Of a stretch of 64,000 nucleotides of DNA, positions 36,048-44,684 are shown piece after piece. The notes below the pieces were generated by a model, which did not search any database, was not told the DNA's origin, and was given only the letters and a program-made list of their open reading frames with translations. Numbering within the stretch: the first letter of the stretch is position 1; each line of letters starts with the position of its first letter. Location: assembly GCA_964495425.1 (NCBI GenBank), contig CAZBVG010000002.1:78570-142569 (forward strand), read 5' to 3'. The position numbers and the translations under genes are program-made. This DNA is from an uncultured Candidatus Saccharibacteria bacterium (GTDB lineage Bacteria > Patescibacteriota > Minisyncoccia > Phycocordibacterales > UBA6065).

Positions 36048-37133
36048 TCAGAGTAATTTTGATAGTACGTTATGTATTGTAATCAAGGAATCCTTTGTTT
36101 TCCAGAGAGGTTTATATAAAAAATTACTCTGTGCAGTCAACAACCGAGAAAAATTAACCGCCTTTGAGGACGTCAAAAAGTATTGTTTGCTCCCAAGATA
36201 CACTGCAAGATACTCCTGCTCTGTCTGTCCTGGTGTTGGTATAAGGTACGCAGGTGTTTCAAGCTCTACAAGATCCATAATAGTTGTATAACCACTACGG
36301 GATATCACATATTTCGCGCGATTGAATAAATCCGCCCTTTGTTCACCTGAAACAGAAGGAATAATTTCAATAGAATGCTGAGGGATGGTTGTTACCTCCC
36401 TACCCTGTGGCTCACCCAGGACAAATACTTTCTTACCTGCTAATTGTTTGGCTCCCTCAATGAGAATTTTAATAAATTCCTCTTTGTGCTCCTCAAGATA
36501 GCCGCTGAGTACGAACAAGTAATCAATATCTTTAATAGTATTTTTCTTCTGAATCGACGAAAGAATACCGACAAAGGTATGCGGCAGCTTCTCGAGCATT
36601 GAATTATGAGATAACGTTCCCGCTAGTGCTGCCGCATCGTCCTTATAATCAGGAATAAAAACGTGATCAAATTTTTTAAATGTCTTGTAGTTAAAATAAT
36701 CTGCTATTTTTTGAAAAAAACCAAAGCCTTTTGGCATCACAAAGCTAATTTGATGGGAAATAATACATGATGGAATACCCTTTACATAAGCGCCATATCT
36801 ACCGTCGGAAATAATGAATTGCGGCTTAAGTTCCCCACACAGTTTTTCAACAAATCTATGTTCCTGCCTTATGATCCTGGTTGTAGCAAGAGAATCGGTA
36901 ATAAGGTACCAATAAAAAGCTATGTTCTTGCCCCGTTCGAGAGGTGGATAATCTGGAATATCATAGAAAGTTACCTCCTTACCATCTAAAGCAGTTTTGA
37001 GGTATACGAGCGCTTTCCCTGTACAGAGAATGTGTATCGAATGTGTATCGATGTATGAGTTTACAAGAGCAAGTGTACGAGTTGCGTGTCCAAGTCCTAA
37101 TGAACTTATACAAAATAATGCAGTTGGTTTCAT
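36048..37133 (-). CDS. GT-B fold glycosyltransferase (MurG/GT28/GT1-like)
   Basis: N-terminal SSLGLGHATRTLAL glycine-rich loop typical of the GT28/GT1 family. ~360 aa. Confidence 0.65.
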   Translation of the reverse strand: MKPTALFCISSLGLGHATRTLALVNSYIDTHSIHILCTGKALVYLKTALDGKEVTFYDIPDYPPLERGKNIAFYWYLITDSLATTRIIRQEHRFVEKLCGELKPQFIISDGRYGAYVKGIPSCIISHQISFVMPKGFGFFQKIADYFNYKTFKKFDHVFIPDYKDDAAALAGTLSHNSMLEKLPHTFVGILSSIQKKNTIKDIDYLFVLSGYLEEHKEEFIKILIEGAKQLAGKKVFVLGEPQGREVTTIPQHSIEIIPSVSGEQRADLFNRAKYVISRSGYTTIMDLVELETPAYLIPTPGQTEQEYLAVYLGSKQYFLTSSKAVNFSRLLTAQSNFLYKPLWKTKDSLITIHNVLSKLL

Positions 37134-37810
37134 TTCACTCGTAATTTTCGCAAACGAATTATTTGAAATGCCGGTTCGTAAAAAGAGAATGTGGTAAAAA
37201 TATCTTTCATCATACCTATATCGCCTTTAATTCCTTTCCAAACTCCGTATTTTGCATGCTTAAATGGACTCGATACGTCAGGCCACAACACAATACGTAC
37301 GCGCGCTTTAGATTTAATAATGAGACTATTTAGAAATACCTCGAGACCAAATTTAGGAAGCGTAAGTATTTGATCAAGATGTTGTTCGATTAGACTTTTT
37401 CGAAATACACGCTCTCCTGAAATATAATCAAAACCAACAATTTTCCATAAACGTGGACTATTTCCTCGGTAGCTAATTGAAACATCAGCATTTCCTGAAA
37501 GTACTGGACCTACGAGATCAGTTACGCTCTTTTCCGTCAAGCCAACAAGATCTGCATCAAGAAAAAATAAAAATTCTCCTAAAGCAGCTCTGCAGCCATC
37601 ATAGATTGCACGACTTTTACCTTGATTTATCGTATGAACAATCAATTTTACGTTTTTATAAGACGCAACAATTTCCTTCGTCTTATCCTTCGATCCATCA
37701 TCAACGACAATTACTTCATCAATGAGCGGATGCATCGAAATAACTGAAAGCACGTTTTTAATACGAGATTCTTCGTTATATGTGGGTATAATGCAGGAAA
37801 TTTTAGCCAT
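37130..37810 (-). CDS. GT2 family glycosyltransferase (polyprenyl-phosphate sugar transferase-like)
   Basis: IIPTYNEE…VVDDGSKD…DAD motifs of GT-A fold GT2 enzymes. Confidence 0.8.
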   Translation of the reverse strand: MAKISCIIPTYNEESRIKNVLSVISMHPLIDEVIVVDDGSKDKTKEIVASYKNVKLIVHTINQGKSRAIYDGCRAALGEFLFFLDADLVGLTEKSVTDLVGPVLSGNADVSISYRGNSPRLWKIVGFDYISGERVFRKSLIEQHLDQILTLPKFGLEVFLNSLIIKSKARVRIVLWPDVSSPFKHAKYGVWKGIKGDIGMMKDIFTTFSFYEPAFQIIRLRKLRVK

Positions 37811-38390
37811 GCTTCTTTTTTCGATAATTTCTATAGCCGTAACCTAGGATAAAGGCAACGATCACAATTCCAATGATGGTAATTCTACCATTCCATGTAT
37901 CGATTTCATCATACAATCCACCAAACGTATAACCGACATAGAGTAATGCACCAGTCCATACAAATTGACCTAGCATGTTAAATGCTAAATACCGCAGAAA
38001 AGGGATCCGGACAATTCCTGCGGTGAGCAATGTTACGACCGATAAACCAAATCCATTGGTAATTTTAGATATAAAAAGAACAGGGTCTTTATATCTATGA
38101 AAAAGTACTGAGGCTTTTTCCACACGCTTCTCTGTTATGCCAAGATATTTACCAAATTTACCTATCGCTCTATAACCATACTTATACCCCAAATAATACA
38201 AAACAGTGTCTCCAATAAGATCCCCAATCATGAGCACAGTGTAAACAGGTATTAGGCTGAAATATCCCTGGTGAAGCAATACACCGAGCAGTATTGAAAG
38301 CATGGGTCCAACAGGACACGCGAAAAAGGCAATTAATACATATACAACAAGTGGGTACTGAGTTGCCAAAACTATGAGCAATTCTTGCAT
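37803..38390 (-). CDS. DedA/SNARE-associated family membrane protein
   Basis: DedA motif region (…MIGDLIGDTVLYYLGYKYG…). The probable start is an internal ATG (MQELLIV…) near 38389/38390. The ORF-track start at 38498 adds an implausible N-terminus. Confidence 0.65.
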   Translation of the reverse strand: MQELLIVLATQYPLVVYVLIAFFACPVGPMLSILLGVLLHQGYFSLIPVYTVLMIGDLIGDTVLYYLGYKYGYRAIGKFGKYLGITEKRVEKASVLFHRYKDPVLFISKITNGFGLSVVTLLTAGIVRIPFLRYLAFNMLGQFVWTGALLYVGYTFGGLYDEIDTWNGRITIIGIVIVAFILGYGYRNYRKKKHG

Positions 38391-38482
38391 ACAAAAAGTA
38401 TACCACTTACATGTATTTAATTTGATTTTATTTGTCCAAATTAGTGAATACGGTTTAATACACCTAAAAGCAACAATCCTAC

Positions 38483-38510
38483 AAAAAACCAGCTTCATTA
38501 GAAGCTGGTT
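38483..38510 (-). terminator. Rho-independent terminator (AACCAGCTTC-ATTA-GAAGCTGGTT + T-run on minus) downstream of tRNA-Ala
   Basis: 10-bp perfect stem, A6 on plus upstream. Confidence 0.55.
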
Positions 38511-38520
38511 TTGCTAATTG

Positions 38521-38593
38521 TGGACCCTACAGGACTCGAACCTGCCACCCCCTCATTGCAAATGAGGTGCTCTACCAGATGAGCTAAGGGCCC
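38521..38593 (-). tRNA. tRNA-Ala (anticodon UGC), no encoded CCA
   Basis: My reverse complement gives GGGCCCTTAGCTCATCTGGTAGAGCACCTCATTTGCAATGAGGGGGTGGCAGGTTCGAGTCCTGTAGGGTCCA. It has a cloverleaf with a G3:U70 wobble (the Ala identity element), an anticodon loop TTTGCAA and a T-loop GGTTCGAGTCC. Confidence 0.9.
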
Positions 38594-38650
38594 GTATTAA
38601 GGACGGGAAATACTATAGCCTAAATCAAGCTAAATTTCAACAACTTCCCT

Positions 38651-39652
38651 TTACCGAGGCTCTCTCGCAAGGGTAATTACGTGATCCAAAAACTCTGGCA
38701 ATGAAGATCCTACCGCATGAAGCGATTTTGGCAAAAGTGACTCAGATGTAAGCCCTGGCAACGTATTTGTCTCCAAGAAAAAGACACCTCGCCGTGGGTG
38801 AATCATAAAATCAGATCGTGAGTAATGTCTAAGTCCAAGTTCGCTATGTATTGCTTGAGCGGCTTCCTGAATGATGCGTTTTGTTTCTGCATCAAAATTC
38901 CCCGGGCAGATTTCCTGACTTTGTCCACCATACTTTGCTTTGTAATCAAAGAATGGAGACTCTTTGTGAGGAATAATTTCAACTGGCATAAGAGCATAGT
39001 GTCGTTCGCCTCTAAAATGATCCAAAACGCCACACGTTGCCTCCCTTCCTTGTATAAATTCCTCAATCATCACTGAATCTGAATGCTCAAATGCATACGT
39101 AAGCGCACTTTCGAGATCATCAAATTTGTGGACCACGGTAACACCAACAGAAGATCCGGCTGTAAGCGGCTTTACGATAGATGGGTGAGGAATTTCACGA
39201 AATATTTGGTGCATTCCCTTCTCTTGAACCTCTTCTCGTGTGAATATTTTATGAAAAGCAAACTTTATTTTATCTTTCAGTCGAGCAAGCGCGTTTTTAG
39301 TCAAATGCTTGTTCATTGCCACAGCCGAAGGAAATGATGCTGAGCCAGTGTATGGGATGCCGATATGTTCGAGAATGCGTTGAATCTTACCGTCCTCACC
39401 ATAGTGTCCATGAAGTGCCACAAACGCCACGTCAACGTGCTTTAAAGCATCAGCAGGTTTACGAGGTATTCCATGAAGGTGCCATGTGCCGTCCCGAGAA
39501 ATAAAGATATCCACACCCTCGTACTTTGAAGGTAGGTGTTTGAGAACACTTTCGCCGGTCTTGAGAGACACATCATACTCCGACGAAGGTCCACCACGAA
39601 GAACTGCCACTTTGATCTTGTGAGTGAATGCCATACGAATAGTATAACCCAT
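38651..39652 (-). CDS. ddl: D-alanine--D-alanine ligase
   Basis: KIKVAVLRGGPSSEYDVSL N-terminus and ATP-grasp core. The start may be the ATG at 39634 (MAFTHKIKVAV…). Confidence 0.88.
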   Translation of the reverse strand: MGYTIRMAFTHKIKVAVLRGGPSSEYDVSLKTGESVLKHLPSKYEGVDIFISRDGTWHLHGIPRKPADALKHVDVAFVALHGHYGEDGKIQRILEHIGIPYTGSASFPSAVAMNKHLTKNALARLKDKIKFAFHKIFTREEVQEKGMHQIFREIPHPSIVKPLTAGSSVGVTVVHKFDDLESALTYAFEHSDSVMIEEFIQGREATCGVLDHFRGERHYALMPVEIIPHKESPFFDYKAKYGGQSQEICPGNFDAETKRIIQEAAQAIHSELGLRHYSRSDFMIHPRRGVFFLETNTLPGLTSESLLPKSLHAVGSSLPEFLDHVITLAREPR

Positions 39653-39686
39653 AATCTGGTGAAAAAGTTTCTGTTATACTGGATAT

Positions 39687-39884
39687 ATGAAACTAAAGGC
39701 AGAGCATTTTGATCTTTTAGGGATTATTTCATTCCCTTTTATTCTTGTGTATGCATTGAGCGCGCTAAGCACCGGACAAATACCTGCGGAATGGATGACT
39801 CAGACCTTGATTGTTATAGGTATTGGCGGAATTATTATTGACGGTACTCTGGTGTACCGCTTTTTCTTTAAAAGAAGACGCTAG
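39687..39884 (+). CDS. Hypothetical small membrane protein (65 aa, two TM helices)
   Basis: Plus-strand ORF with TATACT just upstream, convergent with and overlapping the uvrC stop by 4 nt. No SD. Confidence 0.3.
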   Translation: MKLKAEHFDLLGIISFPFILVYALSALSTGQIPAEWMTQTLIVIGIGGIIIDGTLVYRFFFKRRR

Positions 39885-41140
39885 AGTTTTCGATTTCTCT
39901 TGGTAATAAGCGTATTCATGCGTCGCAGTTTGCGGTGGTAATTGATTGCAAATCGATGTGCCTCGCTATTGGCAAGTAAAATTGCTTTCGAGTGTTTCTC
40001 TACTAGATTAGCAGCGCCCAAAAGACCTTTTGGCTTGTGGCGTTCGTCTTTCACAACAGAGACAAGTGCAATATCTTCATTACGATCAGTAAGTACCTTC
40101 TGAGCAGCATTTCTTTGTGCTTCGCCACCATCAATAACCATAATATCCGGATACTTCCATTCTGGATGATTAAGTCTTCGTTCGAGTATTTCCCTCAAAT
40201 TTGCCACATCGTTATTTCCGGTTTCAGGATTAAGCTTAAATTTACGATATTCACTTTTAGCGAGTTCGCCGTCACAAACCACAGTCATAACACCCACTGT
40301 CTCTTTTCCTGACATATGAGCGACGTCGTACGCCTCAATACGAAAAGCTGTATCAGGGACAATTTCAGCGTCAGAAATTGCCTCCACATCTTCCTTTATA
40401 AGCGCGATGTCCTGAATATGATCTAGGGCAAATAAGCGTCGTTTAGTTTCCTCTGCTTTTTCAAATTTTTTCTCAGCCGCATATGCATTCATTTCTTTTT
40501 CAAGAACGCTTATGAGTTTTTGCTTTTTTCCCTCAAAAAAAAGAATTATATGCTCAATATTTTTTTGATACTCGATGCGTGCTTCTTCTGATGCAGTATC
40601 AGGTGAAAGTCCAAGCTGTCGATAAAATGTTGAGGTGTATTTCGTTGAAGAGTGCTTATCAATGTACGGAAACATCTTTCGTATTATTTTGAGGGCCTCA
40701 CGAAGCGCGGATCCATTCGTGAAAGGGCCGAATATTTTACGAACTTTGAGTTCCTTCTTTTGCTTTTCAACCTCAAGAGTACGACCTCGAATTACAAGTA
40801 TTCGAGGAAATGATTCCCGAGTAATAACAACATAATTGAAACTTCTATCATCTTTTTCCTTAACATTGTAATCAGGCCAATGTTTTTTAATAAGATTCGC
40901 TTCAGCAATCATTGCTTCCAAAACAGAGTCTGTTTCTTTCCATTCAATAGAATCGGCCTTATACACCATATCAACCATGCGCGATCCACGAGTATGTATA
41001 AGATCAATAGAAAAGTAGCTTCGAACACGATCGCGAAGTGAAGTTGCCTTGCCGATATAAAGGATTTTTCCTGCTTGTTTCCAGAAATATACCCCGGGCG
41101 TATCAGGCAATTTGAGTTGTTCAAAAGCTTCAATAGTCAC
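39881..41140 (-). CDS. uvrC: Excinuclease ABC subunit C (short form without C-terminal HhH domain)
   Basis: N-terminal GIY-YIG (PGVYFWKQAGKILYIGKATSLRDRVRSY), UvrBC-interaction helix, RNase-H-like endonuclease region (IEAYDVAHMSGKETVGVMTV). 419 aa. Confidence 0.85.
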   Translation of the reverse strand: MTIEAFEQLKLPDTPGVYFWKQAGKILYIGKATSLRDRVRSYFSIDLIHTRGSRMVDMVYKADSIEWKETDSVLEAMIAEANLIKKHWPDYNVKEKDDRSFNYVVITRESFPRILVIRGRTLEVEKQKKELKVRKIFGPFTNGSALREALKIIRKMFPYIDKHSSTKYTSTFYRQLGLSPDTASEEARIEYQKNIEHIILFFEGKKQKLISVLEKEMNAYAAEKKFEKAEETKRRLFALDHIQDIALIKEDVEAISDAEIVPDTAFRIEAYDVAHMSGKETVGVMTVVCDGELAKSEYRKFKLNPETGNNDVANLREILERRLNHPEWKYPDIMVIDGGEAQRNAAQKVLTDRNEDIALVSVVKDERHKPKGLLGAANLVEKHSKAILLANSEAHRFAINYHRKLRRMNTLITKRNRKL

Positions 41141-41191
41141 AGCCGCTATATTGACGTTTTTTATGGTGGATGTAAAGTAAAAACGTAACCC

Positions 41192-41207
41192 CGAACAATA
41201 CTGTTCG
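41192..41207 (-). promoter_or_regulatory. Palindrome CGAAC-AATACT-GTTCG ~52 nt upstream of the uvrC start; LexA/SOS-box-like arms with 6-nt spacer
   Basis: Perfect 5-nt arms CGAAC/GTTCG read from the sequence. Confidence 0.3.
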
Positions 41208-41229
41208 TTTCAAACAACCCATATCAACA

Positions 41230-41556
41230 ATGAACCAACCAGGTTATGTAGTGCTTGAAGATGGCACGCGTCGTGAGTTCACTGCTCGTAGCCACAAGAC
41301 GGCCCTCAAGGCGGTCATGCGGCTCCTCGAAATTCGGACACTCACTCGCCAGGCTCTGCGCAAAGTGCGAGCTGTCGCCATCTACTTCGGTCGGAAGGCA
41401 TGCCAGATCTTTCCTTTCCGACAGCACCGGTCGAAGGATTTCCACGCTGACCATATGGCCAATCGTGATCGCTTGCGCATTACGCGCAAAGAAGGACTCG
41501 ACATTGGCCGTCGGCGACACTACGTCGCCTGGCAACCCGCTTATTGCGGCATTTGA
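41230..41556 (+). CDS. Uncertain ORF (108 aa, Arg-rich) filling a GC-rich ~360-bp island; alternatively a structured RNA
   Basis: ATG at the left edge of the GC-rich segment, stop just before a plus-strand terminator. Three overlapping ORFs on both strands and no SD, so the coding status is not established. Confidence 0.25.
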   Translation: MNQPGYVVLEDGTRREFTARSHKTALKAVMRLLEIRTLTRQALRKVRAVAIYFGRKACQIFPFRQHRSKDFHADHMANRDRLRITRKEGLDIGRRRHYVAWQPAYCGI

Positions 41557-41566
41557 TTCATTACAA

Positions 41567-41591
41567 AGAGGCGCACGGGCGCCTCTTTTTA
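41567..41591. terminator. Rho-independent terminator (AGAGGCGC-ACGG-GCGCCTCT + T5), plus-oriented, also adjacent to the uvrA stop
   Basis: 8-bp GC-rich stem followed by TTTTT. Confidence 0.55.
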
Positions 41592-44195
41592 TTACTTCTT
41601 TAACAGTTTTTTGAGGTATTTACCCGTGTGGCTCTTTGCATTCATAGCTACATCTTCAGGAGTGCCTTTTGCAATAATTTGTCCACCTCCTTCACCACCC
41701 TCGGGGCCCATATCAATAATGTAATCAGCACATTTAATAAGGTCGAGATTGTGTTCAATCACAATAACCGTATTTCCGTGATCGACGAGCTTTTGAATGA
41801 TTTCAACAAGCTTTCGCACATCTTCATAATGAAGACCCACTGTCGGTTCATCCAATAGATACACTGTTCTGTGCGTATCTGGTCGGTAAAGTTCAGATGA
41901 TATCTTTACACGCTGCGCTTCACCTCCTGAAAGCGTCGTTGCAGACTGACCGAGCTCAAGATATCCAAGCCCCACATCAGAAAGGGTTCTTAGGCGATCA
42001 TAAATAGCGGGAATATCTTCAAAGAATTTAAGGCCCTCCTCAACAGTCATTTGAAGCACTTCATAGACATTCTTGCCCTTGTATTCGACCTCGAGTGTTT
42101 CCTTTTGGAATCGCTTACCCTGACAAACCTCACACGGTACATAGACTGTTGGCAAGAAATGCATTTCGACAGCAATTTCTCCATTACCCTGACACGCCTC
42201 ACAGCGACCACCTTTTACGTTGAATGAAAAACGATTCGATTTCCAGCCACGAGCACGCGCCTCAGCAGTTTCCGCAAATAAATCTCGCACAAATGACCAC
42301 GCACCCGTGTATGTCATTGGGTTAGATCGTGGGGTTCGTCCAATTGGAGACTGATCAATCAAAATAGTTCGCGAAATGTATTCGGTACCAGTAAATGAAG
42401 AAGCATTGTGTGTATCGTTAGATCGGTGCTTCTTTTCAAGCCGAGCCTGCAGGTTTTTATAAAGAATTTCATACAAGAATGATGATTTTCCAGATCCAGA
42501 AACACCGGTAATTGCAACAAGCTTCCCAAGCGGAATATCTGCATTAAGATTTTTAATATTGAAAATATTACCTCCCTTAATTGAAAGCTTGCCCTTATCT
42601 TGGTTTCGTCGAACATCCGGTACTTCGATTTTGGTTTCTCCACGTAGATATGAAAGCGTAAGCGACCCTGAATCATTTTTCTTTGCCGTAAGAAGCGGCT
42701 CAAGATAATCAGCAACCACAACATTACCTCCATGCACACCTGCACCAGGTCCAATATCAACAATAAAGTCTGACGCAAAAATTGTATCCTCGTCGTGTTC
42801 AACTACAAGAATGGTATTACCCAAATCCCTCAAATTAAGAAGCGTTTTGATCAAGCGATCATTATCTCGCTGATGAAGGCCAATTGTTGGCTCATCAAGC
42901 ACATATAAAGCACCCACAAGGCCCGAACCGAGCTGCGAGGCTAGTCGTATTCGCTGGGCTTCGCCGCCCGATAGTGTGTGCGCACGTCGATCAAGCGTAA
43001 GGTATTCAATACCTACATCGAGCATGAATTTAATTCGTGACTCAATTTCACGTAGCACCGCCTTGGCAATGCTTTTTTCCTTTTCTGAAAGTTTGGTATC
43101 AGCAAAATAATCAAAAGCCTGTGCAATAGACATTCGAGTCACATCCACAATCGATTTTCCGCCGATGAGCACATGCAACGCCTCTTCGCGGAGTCGCGCC
43201 CCCTTACAGGTCTCACACGGTTCATCTCCAAAAATATACTTTGTACCCAAACCATTACACGCAGGACAAGCGCCATACGGTGAATTGAATGAGAAAAGTC
43301 GTGGCTCAACTTCAGGATAGGCATATCCATCGTATGGACACATGAATTTAACTGACATAAGCTTCTCCTCCTTTGGATTTTCAATCTTCAAGAGTCCACC
43401 AGATTCATGAATAGCACGTTCAACAGCCTCTGATAGTCGCTCTCGAACACCCTTTGGATCATTTTTAAATTCGCTGATGAAAAATTCGTCGACAAGAATA
43501 TCAATGTCGTGCTTTTTATTCTTCTCAAGATCAACCCGTTCACGGAGTTTCTTCATCTGACCATCAATTTTTGCATTCTCATAACCCTTACCGAGATAAT
43601 CGTAAAGCATTTGATAGTACTCACCCTTTCTACCAACCACTACAGGTGCAAAAATTTTAATTTTTGCCTTATCAACCGGTACACCCATAATCTTGGTGCC
43701 ATGATCCTCAGTTTTTATTTGATTCACACCGTGAATGATCGTCTCTAGAATTTCTTCGTTCGAAAGGCGCTTAATTTCCCTGTTACAGATCAAGCAATGA
43801 GGATGGCCGACTCGAGCGAAGAGCACGCGGAGGTAATCATAAATCTCAGTAATAGTTGCGACAGTTGAACGAGGATTGTTTGAACGAGATTTTTGATCGA
43901 TAGAAATTGCAGGTGAAAGACCGGCTATTTCATCCACATCTGGCTTCTGCATCTGGCGCAAAAATTGTCGCGCATATGATGAAAGTGATTCAACATAGCG
44001 TCTCTGCCCTTCGGCAAAAATAGTATCGAACGCCAAAGATGACTTTCCTGATCCAGAAAGCCCGGTAAATACCACCATTTTATTCCGGGGCATTTCTACC
44101 GTAATGTTCTTGAGATTGTGGGTTCTGGCACCTTTAACAACCAGGGACTCCGCCCCAGGATTAAAGTCGGCTTTTGAGGTATGTTTCTTGGTCAT
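41592..44195 (-). CDS. uvrA: Excinuclease ABC subunit A
   Basis: Two ABC ATPase modules (Walker [15 protein letters not shown] and [14 protein letters not shown] signatures), zinc-finger cysteines. Confidence 0.95.
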   Translation of the reverse strand: MTKKHTSKADFNPGAESLVVKGARTHNLKNITVEMPRNKMVVFTGLSGSGKSSLAFDTIFAEGQRRYVESLSSYARQFLRQMQKPDVDEIAGLSPAISIDQKSRSNNPRSTVATITEIYDYLRVLFARVGHPHCLICNREIKRLSNEEILETIIHGVNQIKTEDHGTKIMGVPVDKAKIKIFAPVVVGRKGEYYQMLYDYLGKGYENAKIDGQMKKLRERVDLEKNKKHDIDILVDEFFISEFKNDPKGVRERLSEAVERAIHESGGLLKIENPKEEKLMSVKFMCPYDGYAYPEVEPRLFSFNSPYGACPACNGLGTKYIFGDEPCETCKGARLREEALHVLIGGKSIVDVTRMSIAQAFDYFADTKLSEKEKSIAKAVLREIESRIKFMLDVGIEYLTLDRRAHTLSGGEAQRIRLASQLGSGLVGALYVLDEPTIGLHQRDNDRLIKTLLNLRDLGNTILVVEHDEDTIFASDFIVDIGPGAGVHGGNVVVADYLEPLLTAKKNDSGSLTLSYLRGETKIEVPDVRRNQDKGKLSIKGGNIFNIKNLNADIPLGKLVAITGVSGSGKSSFLYEILYKNLQARLEKKHRSNDTHNASSFTGTEYISRTILIDQSPIGRTPRSNPMTYTGAWSFVRDLFAETAEARARGWKSNRFSFNVKGGRCEACQGNGEIAVEMHFLPTVYVPCEVCQGKRFQKETLEVEYKGKNVYEVLQMTVEEGLKFFEDIPAIYDRLRTLSDVGLGYLELGQSATTLSGGEAQRVKISSELYRPDTHRTVYLLDEPTVGLHYEDVRKLVEIIQKLVDHGNTVIVIEHNLDLIKCADYIIDMGPEGGEGGGQIIAKGTPEDVAMNAKSHTGKYLKKLLKK

Positions 44196-44197
44196 GG

Positions 44198-44213
44198 CCT
44201 TTATATATAAAGG
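44198..44213. promoter_or_regulatory. 16-nt perfect palindrome CCTTTATATATAAAGG overlapping the uvrA ribosome-binding site (3 nt upstream of the start codon)
   Basis: Read from the sequence. The AAAGG on the minus strand doubles as the SD. Confidence 0.25.
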
Positions 44214-44267
44214 GTTACGCCCCCAGGTTGCTCCTAGGGGTTAGTACCAAAACACTCTAGCACAAAA

Positions 44268-44666
44268 CTACTGCTGTGCCGAGCGTGCCATGTTTTCGAT
44301 CTCAGGAATGATTCCATCAAGACCGATAGTGGCTTTTACAACGAATTTCGTTGCACCGAGATCATGCGCCTTTTCTATCTCCTCTTTTTGGCCTAGATTC
44401 GAGAGCACGAGCACAGGAATTTTGTTTGTCTGAGCATCCGCCTTAATTTTTCTCAGAATTTCAAAACCATCTACATTAGGCATAAGAAGGTCTAACACAA
44501 TCACATTAGGCTTAACCTCTTTGACCTTGTCATAAGCAAGTGCTCCATCAGTAACCTGAATAAGCTGAGCGCTTGTTCCCTCCATCCGCTTCTGAATAAG
44601 TGATACAAGGAACTTATCATCTTCTACCCAGACAATCTTGATACCGTTTAATGTGTTTTGATCCAT
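44268..44666 (-). CDS. Stand-alone response-regulator receiver domain protein (CheY-like)
   Basis: Receiver motifs: DD pair (VEDDKFL), phospho-acceptor D (VIVLDLLMPNVDG), conserved T/K positions. 132 aa, no output domain. Confidence 0.8.
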   Translation of the reverse strand: MDQNTLNGIKIVWVEDDKFLVSLIQKRMEGTSAQLIQVTDGALAYDKVKEVKPNVIVLDLLMPNVDGFEILRKIKADAQTNKIPVLVLSNLGQKEEIEKAHDLGATKFVVKATIGLDGIIPEIENMARSAQQ

Positions 44667-44684
44667 ATAGCGATATTATACCAG

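Noticed and set aside
41224-41614. Minus 103-aa and plus 119-aa ORFs in the GC-rich island
   Set aside because: Overlapping multi-frame ORFs are typical of GC-rich sequence. Neither is better supported than the plus 108-aa frame, which itself is only tentatively listed.
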